From Puccinia triticina (taxonomy: Eukaryota): 64,000 bases of DNA. This document shows positions 49,991 through 61,500 of this stretch, piece by piece. How positions within the stretch are numbered: the stretch's first letter is position 1; every line of letters begins with the position of its first letter. The stretch lies in assembly GCA_026914245.1 (NCBI GenBank), contig CP110439.1:2480001-2544000 (forward strand), given 5' to 3'. Under the pieces are notes generated by a model. That model searched no databases and was not told the origin of the DNA. It worked only from the letters and a program-made list of their open reading frames with translations. The position numbers and the translations under genes are program-made.

Positions 49991-51740
49991 CTATAAACTA
50001 CTTTGAATTGTATGATGATCATCATTTGAATGTATTATTTTTGATTATTATCTGTTAATTTTTCAGACTGGTCTCCTGTGCGTAGAATGAGTGTTATAAT
50101 TCCATCTTTCTTGCCTCCTTATTTCACTTCCTTCCTGCAATGATTTTAAGTGATCCTTGTGCACACACTTCCTCAAACAATCAAGTTCCAGGAAGTGGGA
50201 TAGCCATACACTGAGTATTGAAAAAATGACATTGCTCACTTCCTGGAGATGAGATTTTAAAAAAGCTCAACAAAAATTTAGGAGCCTGTATCCTTTACCA
50301 ATCACTTCCATGAAGTGCGCGCGAGTTGATAATTAGGATTAGCTTGTGGTTTATTTTAAAAATACATTGTCATTTATTATTCCAGTACTTGCATGAACTC
50401 GCAAGTTCCAAACTTAACAAAGTCCCTCAAGAATTCGGGCCCCTGGGGGGTAGGCTGAACTCGCAAAGCAAGCCTCTGTCAGGAGGGACTTAGACCATAC
50501 CTCCCCAAGTTAGCGCATGGAGATTGGATTTTTCATGCCTCTTTTCACTTTCTTTGTTGTGCACTTTTCATAGAACACCTTTCCTGAATTTTTTTTGGCT
50601 GCTTTTCAGGGCAAGATGTTATTCAAGATCCTTGTAATTTTTTATATGTATGTACTGCGACACATATTCTTTGAGAAATTAAACAAACCAAACTACTTGC
50701 AAAAAAGTAACCAACTCTGTAAGGCAGATCAGTAGATTGCCAGAGCACGGGCCCGCATTCAATTACCCCACCTTACCTAAGGTGTAGCTAGTTTGAGGAA
50801 CGTTGTGGCGGCCAAAACGGTAGTCAGCTTCAATTTCGAGATCAGCCCTCAAGACCCTCAAGCGCAAGACTCAAGCTTCAAGGTTCAACCCTCAAGATTC
50901 CCTCAGTTTCTCTCAGATTCCCTTTCTTCCTCATTTCCCACTCACTTCATTTTTACTTCCAACTCCTCCCTCTTCTCACTCACTTATCTTCACATTTCTT
51001 GGTCCTAACACAGATTATTTGTGGGTTTATTTTTTATTTTTGATTTGATTTGCTTGTTTTGTTTCTTCTGGCTCTGTTTCCCTCTCTTTGCCTCTCTGTC
51101 AAGTTTCTTATTTCTGGATTATTTTCTTCTCTCACTCTTCCATTTATCATGTCTCACATATTTGTCTGTTTTCTGCTTCATTTTTGTGTTGTGTTTTCTT
51201 TCTTCTTTTCTGTTGTCTTTGGTGTGTGCGCGCGCCGTAGATGATGACATGCTTGTGACAGGCCTCCAGGAATCCAAGTTCCCGGCGAACTTGGAGGATA
51301 GGAGGCCATAGCACCTGTTCTGATCCAAGTCAGGGGTTATCAATTCAAGAATCTTTCCGAGTCCCAAGAATCAGAGTCCCAGAGTCCGATCATCATCCAG
51401 AATCCTTTCCCAACAAAACCAACCGCCGCCAAGGATCCAACCCCCGGCGAAACAAATCAAAACCACTTCCCCAACGCTATCATCTCAAATCCCCTACGAC
51501 TCATCCAGACCTTCCGTGAGGGCAGCTCCCAGAGCACCTTTTCCCCTCCCAGCGCTGCCGCCGGCCTAGCACCAAGCGGAGCTCCATAACGTGCTCACCA
51601 GTGTGCCGGTGAGTAGAGAAGAGATGGATGAAACCAAAGCTGCAACCCCCAAACAAGCATTAGGAAAAACTGTCCCAACATGCCTGACAACAAATCCACC
51701 TCAGATGTCTCCGAAGAGCACCCGCCAGTCAGGTTGAGTC

Positions 51741-51956
51741 CCCTCAATGACCGGCACAGACCGGTCATCAAGGGTTGTACATATCCCCTTGATGACCGGT
51801 CTGTACCGGTCATCCAGGGCATTGTACATATCCCCTTGATGACCGGTCTGTACCGGTCATCCAGGGCATTGTACATATCCCCTCAATGACCAGTCTGTAC
51901 CAGTCATCCAGAGGGTTGTATGGTCTTGATGGCCGGTGTTTGCCGGCAATCAAGGG
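51741..51956. repeat. Second, short array of GATGACCGG palindromes (about 5 units, 47-bp period)
   Basis: CCCCTTGATGACCGG-TCTGTA-CCGGTCATCCAGGG separated by TTGTACATAT spacers. Confidence 0.85.
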
Positions 51957-52576
51957 CTCAGAGAGCTGACTGCAAGTCCAAAAAAAACCCCGTGTATGAA
52001 TTCATTGAGCACAGATCTTCTCTGTTACTCAACTTCAGTAAACTCCAAGGTTTGAGTTACTTGGATGATTTATTTGCACTTGAAGAGGGTGTGCAACAGA
52101 GCTCAGATTTTATTGGATGATAGGCAAGACGCGAGGCTTTGTGTCTAGAAAATTTTTAGGCCTTTAGGTTCTGAGGGCAAAGAACTGTAATGGTTTGAAG
52201 AAACCACCCAGCCAAACTCAGAATCTTGGCACGCCAAAAAGGGGCGATAGCGGGCAAGTCCCTCCTGCCAAAGGCTATTGGAGGCTTGCTTCGCAAGACC
52301 AGACGCCCGCAGCAGCGAGGGACTTGAGTTAAGTTTGCGCAAGTTCCCACAAGCGGATTAGGATTCGGCAATGATTTCTTTGACACAAGCTGATTAGGAT
52401 TCGGCAATGATTTCTTTGACAAAGAAGCAAATTCATTCACTCTTTTACAAACACCATGTCATTTACTCCCCGGACTGGAACAGTGAACAAATACTTGTAG
52501 GAGTACAGACCTAGACCATGCGCAGCCACCCCCACGGAAGCTAGTGCGGCCAGACCCAAGCCAAAGCCCAACTGCA

Positions 52577-53342
52577 ATGAGAGGTAAGCCCTCTCGCAGT
52601 CCAGACCCCAAAACCCTAACCCAGATAGCGGCTGACAAGCCTGACTCTGACGCTAGCAGATGCCAGAACCTTAACGGTCAGTGCAACAGAAAGACAACAG
52701 CCGAAACACGCCTCCGGGTAAGTCAGCAGGAAGAAAGAAGAGATTAAAGTTGAAGCAAAAGCTAACCTACTTTATCTCAACAGAAGCCTTGCTGATTGTA
52801 TCGCAGACCAGACCAGAAACACCCTCCTCAACAGGATTACGGGCAGCACCAAAAAACAAGGTGAGCAGTTCTCTTCCTGGAGATTCAAGAGAGAGAAACA
52901 AAGATAGAGCTGACTTGAGTGAATAACATTTGACAAGCAGATCCTTCAGAACCAGCCCACCCGTATAGACAGGATAAGACCAGGTTATTCAGGTAACCAG
53001 TCCCTGCATTGGTAAGCACAGAAGCAATCAGAACCAAAGCCAGGCACGGGTGGAAGAGCTAATAGTGTAATGTTTTAATTTAAATCATCACTATCAGACC
53101 TGACTGAACCTCGTTGCACATTGCAAGACTCATAGCTCCATAGCTCAGCAACTTAACCAGAAGAACCCCAAGCCCAGCATAATCTCGTGCTGCTTTCAGG
53201 TAAACTCAAAGCCCAAGCTTTTCTTTATTTTAATTCTAAATTGTAAATACAAGATATTAAAATAAAGAAATAAAACTTTTAGTTGCTTGAAAACTTTTAA
53301 TACTTACTCTTTTACAGTGGCATTTAATACAAGGACCTATAG
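52577..53342 (+). other. Putative multi-intron transcript with short exons (65-aa spliced ORF or spliced non-coding RNA)
   Basis: Five consecutive GT-AG introns, the first four with GCTRA branch motifs: 52584-52659, 52718-52783, 52861-52940, about 53012-53097 and about 53200-53317. Confidence 0.45.
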
Positions 53343-53576
53343 TTTTCTGGGATTGCATTAGTCAACAAAGGCAGAATTACTTTGCAAACTCATAGCTCCT
53401 GCAAGCGTATGTGAATGTATTCAACCAAGAACCAAGGACGCAATGATTTCTATTAAAGAATTTCTTGTGCAAATCAATTCAAAACAAAGGTAGCATCACA
53501 AGTCGGCTCCCTTTGAGAAGATGTCCTTTCTGTTGTGTCCCAATCTGGTCTGGACTATTCGGCTTCGCCTTCTCCA

Positions 53577-53900
53577 AGCAGAAAATCAGCAAGATATTGT
53601 TCCAGAGCTTGAATTATGGCCTAGCCGCGAAAGACGCGCGCGGCAAACTCATTCGCTAGGATTTAGGAGTCAATTATTGGGACTAGCGCTATACTTAAAG
53701 GCAGCCGTAAGCAGAAACTCAGCAAGATATTGTTCAACAACATGATTAATGGCCTAGCCGCGAGCAATTTGGCCAACTCAACTGCTAGGTTTTTGCATTC
53801 AATTGTTGCTTGAAGGCAGTCGTAAGCAGAAACTCAGCAAAATATCGTTCCAGAATGGCTTAACCGCAAACAAAGCGGCCAACTCAATTGCTAGGTAGGA
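53577..53900. repeat. Three degenerate ~120-130-bp direct repeats
   Basis: AAGCAGAAAxTCAGCAAxATATxGTTC..ATGGC..CCGC..AACTCAxTxGCTAGG recurs at about 53577, 53709 and 53824. Confidence 0.75.
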
Positions 53901-54150
53901 TTTTGTGGGCAGCACTATACTTAAGGCAGTTGTTTTTTGGAATTTGAACACCTCACTGGATCAATTTTTCATTCTCCGCAGATGTCCCGAAATCACGCCT
54001 TCACACAAGCAGAAGGAGCTCTGTCCGGCAATCAAATAGTTCTACAACTCCACTTTTGGTCAAGCGTTCCCTGGTGCACCGGTGCTCAACTCACTCACCG
54101 GTCGGCGGTGCATCTGGTGCAGTCCTCTCAGTTCTTTCCAAATCAGATTC

Positions 54151-55002
54151 TGTCAGCTCCGGTCTCTTGTGTGACTCGGAGTTGATAGGGTTTATAATCC
54201 AAGCTGTAGCGGCTAATATAGCGGCCAGCGGAAGAATGCCACACTATAACCTTTTCAGGCCAATGGGAAGAAAACCACGCCTAGACGCTGAGTAGCGGAG
54301 GGGCTAGCTCCCTTACAAAAGTAAGGGGACGCGGCGATGACTCGAGCCGGCGCCGTAGCTTTAGAACAAAGAAAGGTTATTTTCTAAGTTACAGGAGTGA
54401 TAACAATCTCCTGTAACTAGAAAATACACAAGATGAAGTCAAGGAAGGCTGTAAGAGAGAAATAAGGTTAGTTTGATTATTGTAAACCCCACTCACTATT
54501 GATTGTAGTAAGGTTGGCGGGTTTTTTATGTGTAATAATCTTGGGTGGAAATCTCTCCAGGGGAAAGATCCCCCTTTTTATATTACAGGATCAGCTCCCT
54601 CCTTTGAGTCAAGGTCCTGAGGGATCCTGAACTCCAAGGAGCAGTGATCACGGAATTCAGAAGGGGATTTACACAAATGGGTATGTAATCTCCCCATTTG
54701 TACATACATTGAGCTTAATCAGGATAAATACACAGAGAGATAATATTATCTCTCTCTGTATGTACAAATATGTAATCAGTGTGAAATAAGGTTAATTACA
54801 TATTCAAAAGAATGTGAAATATGTAGTAAGTACATAATAATAGTACATATGAATAAAAGGTACATAATTAATGTAATGACAGGGAAATGAACTCTTGACT
54901 TCATGTACATGAGTCAATTATTAAAGCAGTGTTTAACCATTAGGCTATAAGACATGTACTGTGCATTGTAGACACATGGACTTAGTGTCTCAGTGTCTGA
55001 CA
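54151..55002. mobile_element. Solo LTR (852 bp) with 5-bp TSD GATTC
   Basis: TGTCAG..CTGACA ends; GATTC at 54146-54150 and 55003-55007. Confidence 0.85.
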
Positions 55003-55125
55003 GATTCACTCGCCAAGTATGCAAGTCAATTGACCCTTGCGTGAAGTTTGTTCATACTTGCAAGTAGCATTCAAACTACGCAATTTCCTCCGAGAACCTC
55101 CAGTGTTCCTTGACCACTTTCTGCT

Positions 55126-55479
55126 TGTAGAGCGAGTAAAAGGAATAGTGCGGACAGGGGGAATCGAACCCGCATCTCCCCGATGCATGCTGGGTTGCTC
55201 TACCGTTGAGCTATATCCACAGGTGTGAGGTGTACCAACATATACTACCTCTACACACCCCCTGTACACCTACACCGGTGACAGAGCCCACTAATCCTCC
55301 CAGAGGCTCATCCCAGGTACGCAGCTGCCTATAGCGCTGGGCTCATAACCTGTAGTGTGAGATAGTGGTAAAGAGCTAAGATTCTCAATTCCCCCGGGGG
55401 TCGAACCCCCCTACAACGCCGTGCCTAAGTACAAGATTTGTTGTGTAAACCCCAACACTGCTCCCTGAACTACTCAACA
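55126..55479 (-). mobile_element. TRIM-like miniature LTR element: short LTR, PBS, ~90-bp core, PPT, short LTR containing a tRNA-like sequence
   Basis: TGTTGAG..CTACA (55479-55351), PBS GGTTATGAGCCC (55350-55339), AGGGGG (55263-55258), TGTGTAG..CTCTACA (55257-55126). The two LTRs are not clearly homologous and there is no TSD. Confidence 0.55.
55149..55220 (-). tRNA. tRNA-Ala(UGC)-like sequence inside an LTR (probably not a functional tRNA)
   Basis: 72-nt cloverleaf; A-box TAGCTCAACGG, anticodon loop CATGCAT, B-box GGTTCGATTCC; mismatches in the anticodon and T stems; TTTT follows downstream. Confidence 0.7.
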
Positions 55480-56300
55480 ACACATCATGTTGCCAAATCG
55501 TTAAGCATGTTTCAGTGTTGTTGAGCAGTTCAAAGAGCAAAAGTGGCGAAGGCATAAATCGGGCATGGGTAACGTCTTGATGTATCAATTTGACCTTAGA
55601 GAGGTCAAGAGGTACCATAGCAGGAAAGACTGGAGAGAGGCAAGGAAAATATAACAGGCAGATGAGAGCGTCAAAGACGAGTATCAAGAGCAAGCTGTGG
55701 AAAAAGGGAAGATTCAAGAGTCTTCGATTGATGGCATTGATCGCTGAAGACTGGGGTCTGGGATAGGAGTGTCAGTCCAGCTGACAGGAATAGTGCCGTC
55801 AAGGGGGACTGATGTCAAGTTCAACAATGGGTAGTTACGTTACTTTACGTTATCCACGTAATTTCAGTAACGTAACTATCCTCGTTACGCGGGGGTGCCC
55901 ATTATGTTATTAGTAACGGCAAAAATCTTTGATATCTTGGTAGTGTAACGGTATCTACTTCTGTTTTGGCCCAGAGGGTCGATAGAGTAACGGCAATAAC
56001 GGCCCGTAACACCAATAACGCATCTCAAGGATTGTCCCTTAGCTCCGCGAGGATGTCCCAAAAGGGAATTTTTGCTGTACATTTTTCCATACAGTAGCTT
56101 TGGTGGCTTGCCTGAATCAACCCACCTCAAACACCCCTGGGCCTAGGTCTATCTGTTCCATTTTCCCCTCCATCTTGCCTGAGCCACTGGTGTTACCTAT
56201 CAAAAACAACCTTTGCCATAACCGTTGCCATAAAAGACCTTTGCCGCCATAAAAAACCTTTGCCATGGCATTTGAACCTGTAGAGACTGTAAAATGAAGA

Positions 56301-56386
56301 TTTGTCTGGTGAGAGTTGAACTCACGACCTCAGCTATGCTGAGACACATACTAGAGTGCTGCCTTTACCAACTAGGCTACAGACGC
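56301..56386 (-). tRNA. tRNA-like sequence with long variable arm, inside the LTR 56493-56279
   Basis: Reverse-complement copy of 56833-56918, with TTCAA in place of TTCGA. Confidence 0.6.
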
Positions 56387-56832
56387 TTGTGGCTGCCAGC
56401 TGGGTGGTTGGTTGGTAGTGCTCATGGGTCGATCCAACAGCCCTCCATACTGTGGTGATACATCATGGTAGCAGACTAACAGACAACTCAACACCCCCCC
56501 TTGCTACATGATGGGAAGTGGGGATTGACCCCAAGAGAGAGTGGGAATGAGACCCAGGAAAGATGATCAGCGTAGGGATTGAACCCGTGATCTAGATGTA
56601 GGCTTATAGGGGTTTGTGTGGTCTTACAAGTAAGCATTCACAAATTCATCAAGTCTCTATTGTAGGTCTCATTCCCACTCTCTCTTGGGGTCAATCCCCA
56701 CTTCCCATCATGTAGCAAGGGGGGGTGTTGAGTTGTCTGTTAGTCTGCTACCATGATGTATCACCACAGTATGGAGGGCTGTTGGATTGACCCATGAGCA
56801 CTACCAACCAACCACCCAGCTGGCAGCCACAA

Positions 56833-56918
56833 GCGTCTGTAGCCTAGTTGGTAAAGGCAGCACTCTAGTATGTGTCTCAGCATAGCTGAGGTCGTGAGTT
56901 CGACTCTCACCAGACACA
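56833..56918 (+). tRNA. tRNA-like sequence (Leu/Ser-type long variable arm, irregular anticodon arm) inside an LTR starting at 56726
   Basis: Acceptor stem GCGTCTG/CAGACAC; D-arm GCCTAGTTGGTAAAGGC; variable hairpin CTCAGC-ATA-GCTGAG; T-arm GTGAG-TTCGACT-CTCAC; TTTT follows. Confidence 0.65.
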
Positions 56919-58500
56919 TCTTCATTTTATCAAAGACGAGTATCAAGAGCAAGCTGTGGAAAAAGGGAAGATTCAAGAGTCTTCGATTGATGGCATTGAT
57001 TGCTGAAGACTGGGGTCTGGGATAGGAGTGTCAGTCCAGCTGACAGGAATAGTGCTGTCAAGGGGGACTGATGTCAAGTTCAACAATGGGTAGTTACGTT
57101 ACTTTACGTTATCCACGTAATTTCAGTAACGTAACTATCCTCGTTACGCGGGGGTGCCCGTTATGTTATTAGTAACGGCAAAAATCTTTGATATCTTGGT
57201 AGCATAACGGTATCTACTTCCGTTGTGGCCCAGAGGTTCGATAGAGTAACGGCAATAACGGCCCGTAACACCAATAACGCGTCTCAAGGATTGCCCCTTA
57301 GCTCTGCGAGGATGTCCCAAAAGGGAATTTTTGCCGTACATTTTTCCATACAGTAGCTTTGGTGGCTTGCCTGAATCAACCCACCTCAAACACCCCTGGG
57401 CCTAGGTCTATCTGTTCCATTTTCCCCTCCATCTTGCCTGAGCCACTGGTGTTACCTATCAAAAACAACCTTTGCCATAACCGTTGCCATAAAAGACCTT
57501 TGCCGTCATAAAAAACCTTTGCCATGGCATTTGAACCCACCACCCCTCAACAGCCAGTGGAAGAAAGAGAAGATTCTGGAGAGCAAACTGACCAGTCTCA
57601 AGTTCAACCCCATTGATCTAAACGGGCCTCCTCCGTAACAGTAATGCCAGACATGATCCCTACGTCGTCAGACTCTCGAGTGCGGGCCACAAAGCCAACA
57701 TCACAAAAACGGCCGCAGGCACATTCTTCGGAATCCGGCAATTCCCCTCCGAAAAACAAAAAGAAAGGGCCTACAGCTAAGAGGCCTCGTCAAGTTGGAT
57801 CTTCTGGGCCTGCCAGCGCCACCAAGAAAGGTGCTTTGACTAACAAGAACAAGACTTCCAAAATCAAAACCCAGAAGTCTGCAGCAGACAATTCAGTAAG
57901 CAACATGCATGCTACATGAAGCATTAGAATATAACTGACGAAGGCATGATTGTTTTTTTTATTTCTTGGTTGGTTTGAACTTGGTGATTTGAAGGCCAAT
58001 AAAACTATTGATTTGGCTAATCCAAATGATGATTACGACTTCGATCAAGTTTTGGACGATGGATCCGTTGAAATTCAACCTAGAGAGCCAAAAAAGAAGG
58101 AAGAAAAATATGCAAACGTGGTAGATTACTACCATGCCCCTTTCTATAAGGGAAACAAATCGGAAAAGGGGGGAGAACCCATAAATTATACGTGCAGATG
58201 GTGTCATAAGATGTACCGTGGACATGGCTCGACTGACGGAAATCTCATGATGCATCGCGACGGCTCAACTCAGGCCGGAAGGAACGCTAGCGGCTGCCCC
58301 AAACGTAATGAAGCTAAGGCGGCTGGAATTAAGTTACCACCTTCAGTCGCGGAGAAGAGACTCATTGACGCAAAACAAACCCCAATGAGCACCTTCCTTA
58401 CAGCGAGGCCAGTCTTTGACAACCGTGTCTTAAACCAAATCATTGTGATCTGGCAAATACGACAGGCAATCGCATGGTCCCGCATCAAAGACTCTATTCT

Positions 58501-61500
58501 TGTTGAGAGGTGCGGTGGGCAAACTCCACATTTGGAGTGCGCGGGGTTCAAGAGGCGGTGGAGGAGGAGCAATGGACAGCAAGGTTTTCAGAGTCACAAC
58601 AGATTAAGAGTTGAACGATCTACCAACGGCCTAGTTTTTTCGATCAATTTTCGGCACTTCGACCCGGTTTATGGTCAGCACCCGCCGGGAAAAACAGGAT
58701 CTATCGGGACCACTACCTCCACCGACCCGGGCAAAACGTCCGAAGCAAACAAAAGCATACAAGGCCCTTCTCAACCTACCACCATTACCTCCATCTCCTG
58801 TTGAGGAGAAACCGGACCCGATCAAAAACGATCGTCCCCCTTCCCCGTTCATTTCAGCTCTTTCATACGTTTTCTCAAAAGCGGTAACTCGGCACATCGA
58901 AAAAGAAAAATCTCGCCTTGACGACGAGGACAAACCGAACTCAACTCCATTCCTACCCGGCCACCGAACTGTTCCGAATCCTTTTGGTCTACCTTTTACG
59001 GCTATCATCCCGAATCCTGCATACCGTCCACCATCAAATAAACCAAGAGGATCATCACCAATCAACTCCCCGACCGAATCAGAATCCTCCGTCTCGTCGA
59101 GAGCAGTGAGCTATTTTTCCATGTCACAGGCGGCGGCTACTGAGATCTCCCCAAGGAACAAGTTCCTACAACAACCCAGTGTATACAAATCGGAAATTGA
59201 ACAGCTAGCGGCCGACGGATCAAACTTCAACAAGTGGAAAAGAGACTTATCAAGGGTCATCTTGTTGACACTTAGCCATGCGAATTTCTTTGACAACTCT
59301 GATAATTACAAGAGGATATCGGCTCAGGAGGAAAACTGTCTCTTATACCTCATTCAAATTACGGTTCACGATGAATTATCATCTCTTGTTGACCGATATA
59401 CAAAGGGCACTGAGGCTTTTGACGCGGTTCAGGCGAATTTTCAAGGGACAATCCGCTTCAGACAAATGGAGCTCGTCGACCAACTCCTTGAGTTTCGAAT
59501 TACCGGGCCTATGACTGATCCAGCGCAGGTTCAGGGATTATTTAACAAAATCTTTGACCTTTTTGCGGACCTCAAAAACGTACAGGCAGGTCTTCCGCCC
59601 TTGGTTGAGAGCCTCATTCTACAGGCCGTCGCACCGCCACCTGCAACAATGTCTCGCTCGCAATTATTTCAAAATATTTCCCTCCAGCTCGGCGACAGAA
59701 AAAACATCACGGCTCGAGACATACAAACGATTATCACGTTGGTTTATGGAGAAAGCAATCGATTCGACTCCGGTCCAGCTCCGTCTGTGTTTTGTTCATA
59801 TCAACCTCACAACAACTTTGGTTTTTCTCAAGGTCCGAGGCCATCCGTTTGGCAACCCAACAATCCATCGGCGAGTCGCACACCTCTGCGCAATACATTT
59901 CAACCGCAACCAAGGCAACAACACACGAATGGCCAACCTCTTGCTAGGAGCAGGAACGTTGGGAAGCCTGGGAATCCTACAGTTGAAGACATATCGGCCG
60001 CCATTAACAACATCCAAAGGGGTAATCAAGGCCCCAGCGACCCGAATGTATTTGAAGGCAAACCATGCTCTTATTGTGGGGTACTGGGTCATTGGAGGTC
60101 GTCGTGTCTGACCCTCCGCAGCGATGCCAAGCTGCCGCCACCAAACACCCCATTATCTGGTCGCCCCGCTTCCGGTTTCGCCCGTCAAGCAGCACCTCCG
60201 AACAACCCAACCACTCGACTTGATCAGAATGTGGCGGTTCGATTGGCAGTGGGAGCGGATGCGACAGGTGCTGCTGGCGCAGGCACGGTTTTGGATTCTG
60301 GGGCGACCCACCACGTGAGCGGATCTCTCCATGACTTTTCTTTTCTCACAGCGTTACGGCCACCAGTTAGACTGAATCTGGCTTCCTCCACGGGATTTAT
60401 GACCGCGACACACAGTGGACACCTGCGGATAATCAGTGGGGATGGTACCCTAGCGGTCCCGAGGGTTCTCTACAGCCCGGACATGACGGGAACTCTTCTT
60501 AGTCTGGGACAGCTCATCGACTCTGGTTTCCGCCCGCAATTCCTCCAAAATAACGATATTCTCTTAGTCTCTCCTTTTCTCACTCTTACGGTGTTTTATC
60601 AGAACCAATCATGGATTGTTTCTCCCACTTCCTTTCGGCCACATTTCCATTCTATCAATTCAGTCTCTTCTACTCAACCTTCTTCAATTTCGGCTTCATA
60701 CAAATGGCATTGTCGGCTAGGACATGTATCAGACAATGTTGTTAAGACATATCTCAAAAGATTTGTTCCGTCTTTCGACCTAAAATCCTGGACGCCTTTC
60801 ATTTGCAAGTCTTGCAAACAATTCAAAAGCGAACGTCGGCGACACTCTCTTCCTGAAGTCGTACCCAAGGATAATCGACTCGATCTTCTCGTTACGGACG
60901 TTTTGGGCCCGCTTGACGCGGACATCAACGGTCACCGTTTTCTACTCACTCTGAGGGACCACGCCACTACCTACTCATTCGTCTTTCCCATGAAGAGTCG
61001 GTCGGAAGTTCCAAATATCATCATTTCTCTGGTTAAAAGATTGCACTCTCACTTTGGAGTTGCACCAAAATATATTCAATGTGACAACGCAAAAGAGTAT
61101 ACCGTCAAGCCGCTTGAAGACTACTTGTTGTCGATTGGTTCAAAGATCATTTTCACTTCTCCATATACGCCTGAGCAGAACGGTGAGGCGGAGCGGCTAA
61201 ACCAAACGTTGGGCGACATCGCTAGGACAACTCTGGCACACTCTCAGCTCCCTGCGACACTTTGGTCTTACGCTTACAAATGTGCTTGCTTTCTCATCAA
61301 CCAACTCCCCAACACCCGGTGCACGACGAGCCCCCTGGAAATGTGGTCTGACAGGAAACCCACGGCTGAATCTCTATTTTTATTTGGTACTAAAGCATGT
61401 GTTCACATACCCAAGGAGCGTCGCCGCAAATTGGACGCACGGGGTTGGACTGGGTATCTTGTCGGCTATCAAGACGACGAGCGCGGATGGTACTTTTGGA

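Larger units (their letters stand above)
55671..57537. repeat. 608-bp direct duplication (55671-56278, 56930-57537) enclosing a 265-bp inverted repeat (56290-56554, 56665-56929)
   Basis: Both repeat pairs are near-identical by direct comparison. Confidence 0.95.

Noticed and set aside
14964..50443. TET/JBP dioxygenase gene, which often accompanies fungal KDZ transposons
   Set aside because: No HxD..H 2-oxoglutarate dioxygenase motif set was recognisable by eye; a profile search would be needed to exclude a decayed copy.
51021..51311. Hydrophobic 96-aa ORF as a membrane protein
   Set aside because: It results from T-rich low-complexity sequence and has a non-ATG start.
55149..56918. Functional tRNA genes
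   Set aside because: Stem mismatches, an irregular anticodon arm and embedding in LTR-like units favour TE-borne tRNA derivatives.
55885..57389. Duplicated 81-aa minus-strand ORFs
   Set aside because: They are chance ORFs across the hAT subterminal repeats within the 608-bp duplication.
57950..58804. 284-aa ORF as an independent gene
   Set aside because: It is a chimera of an hAT exon reading through into the inserted Copia LTR.
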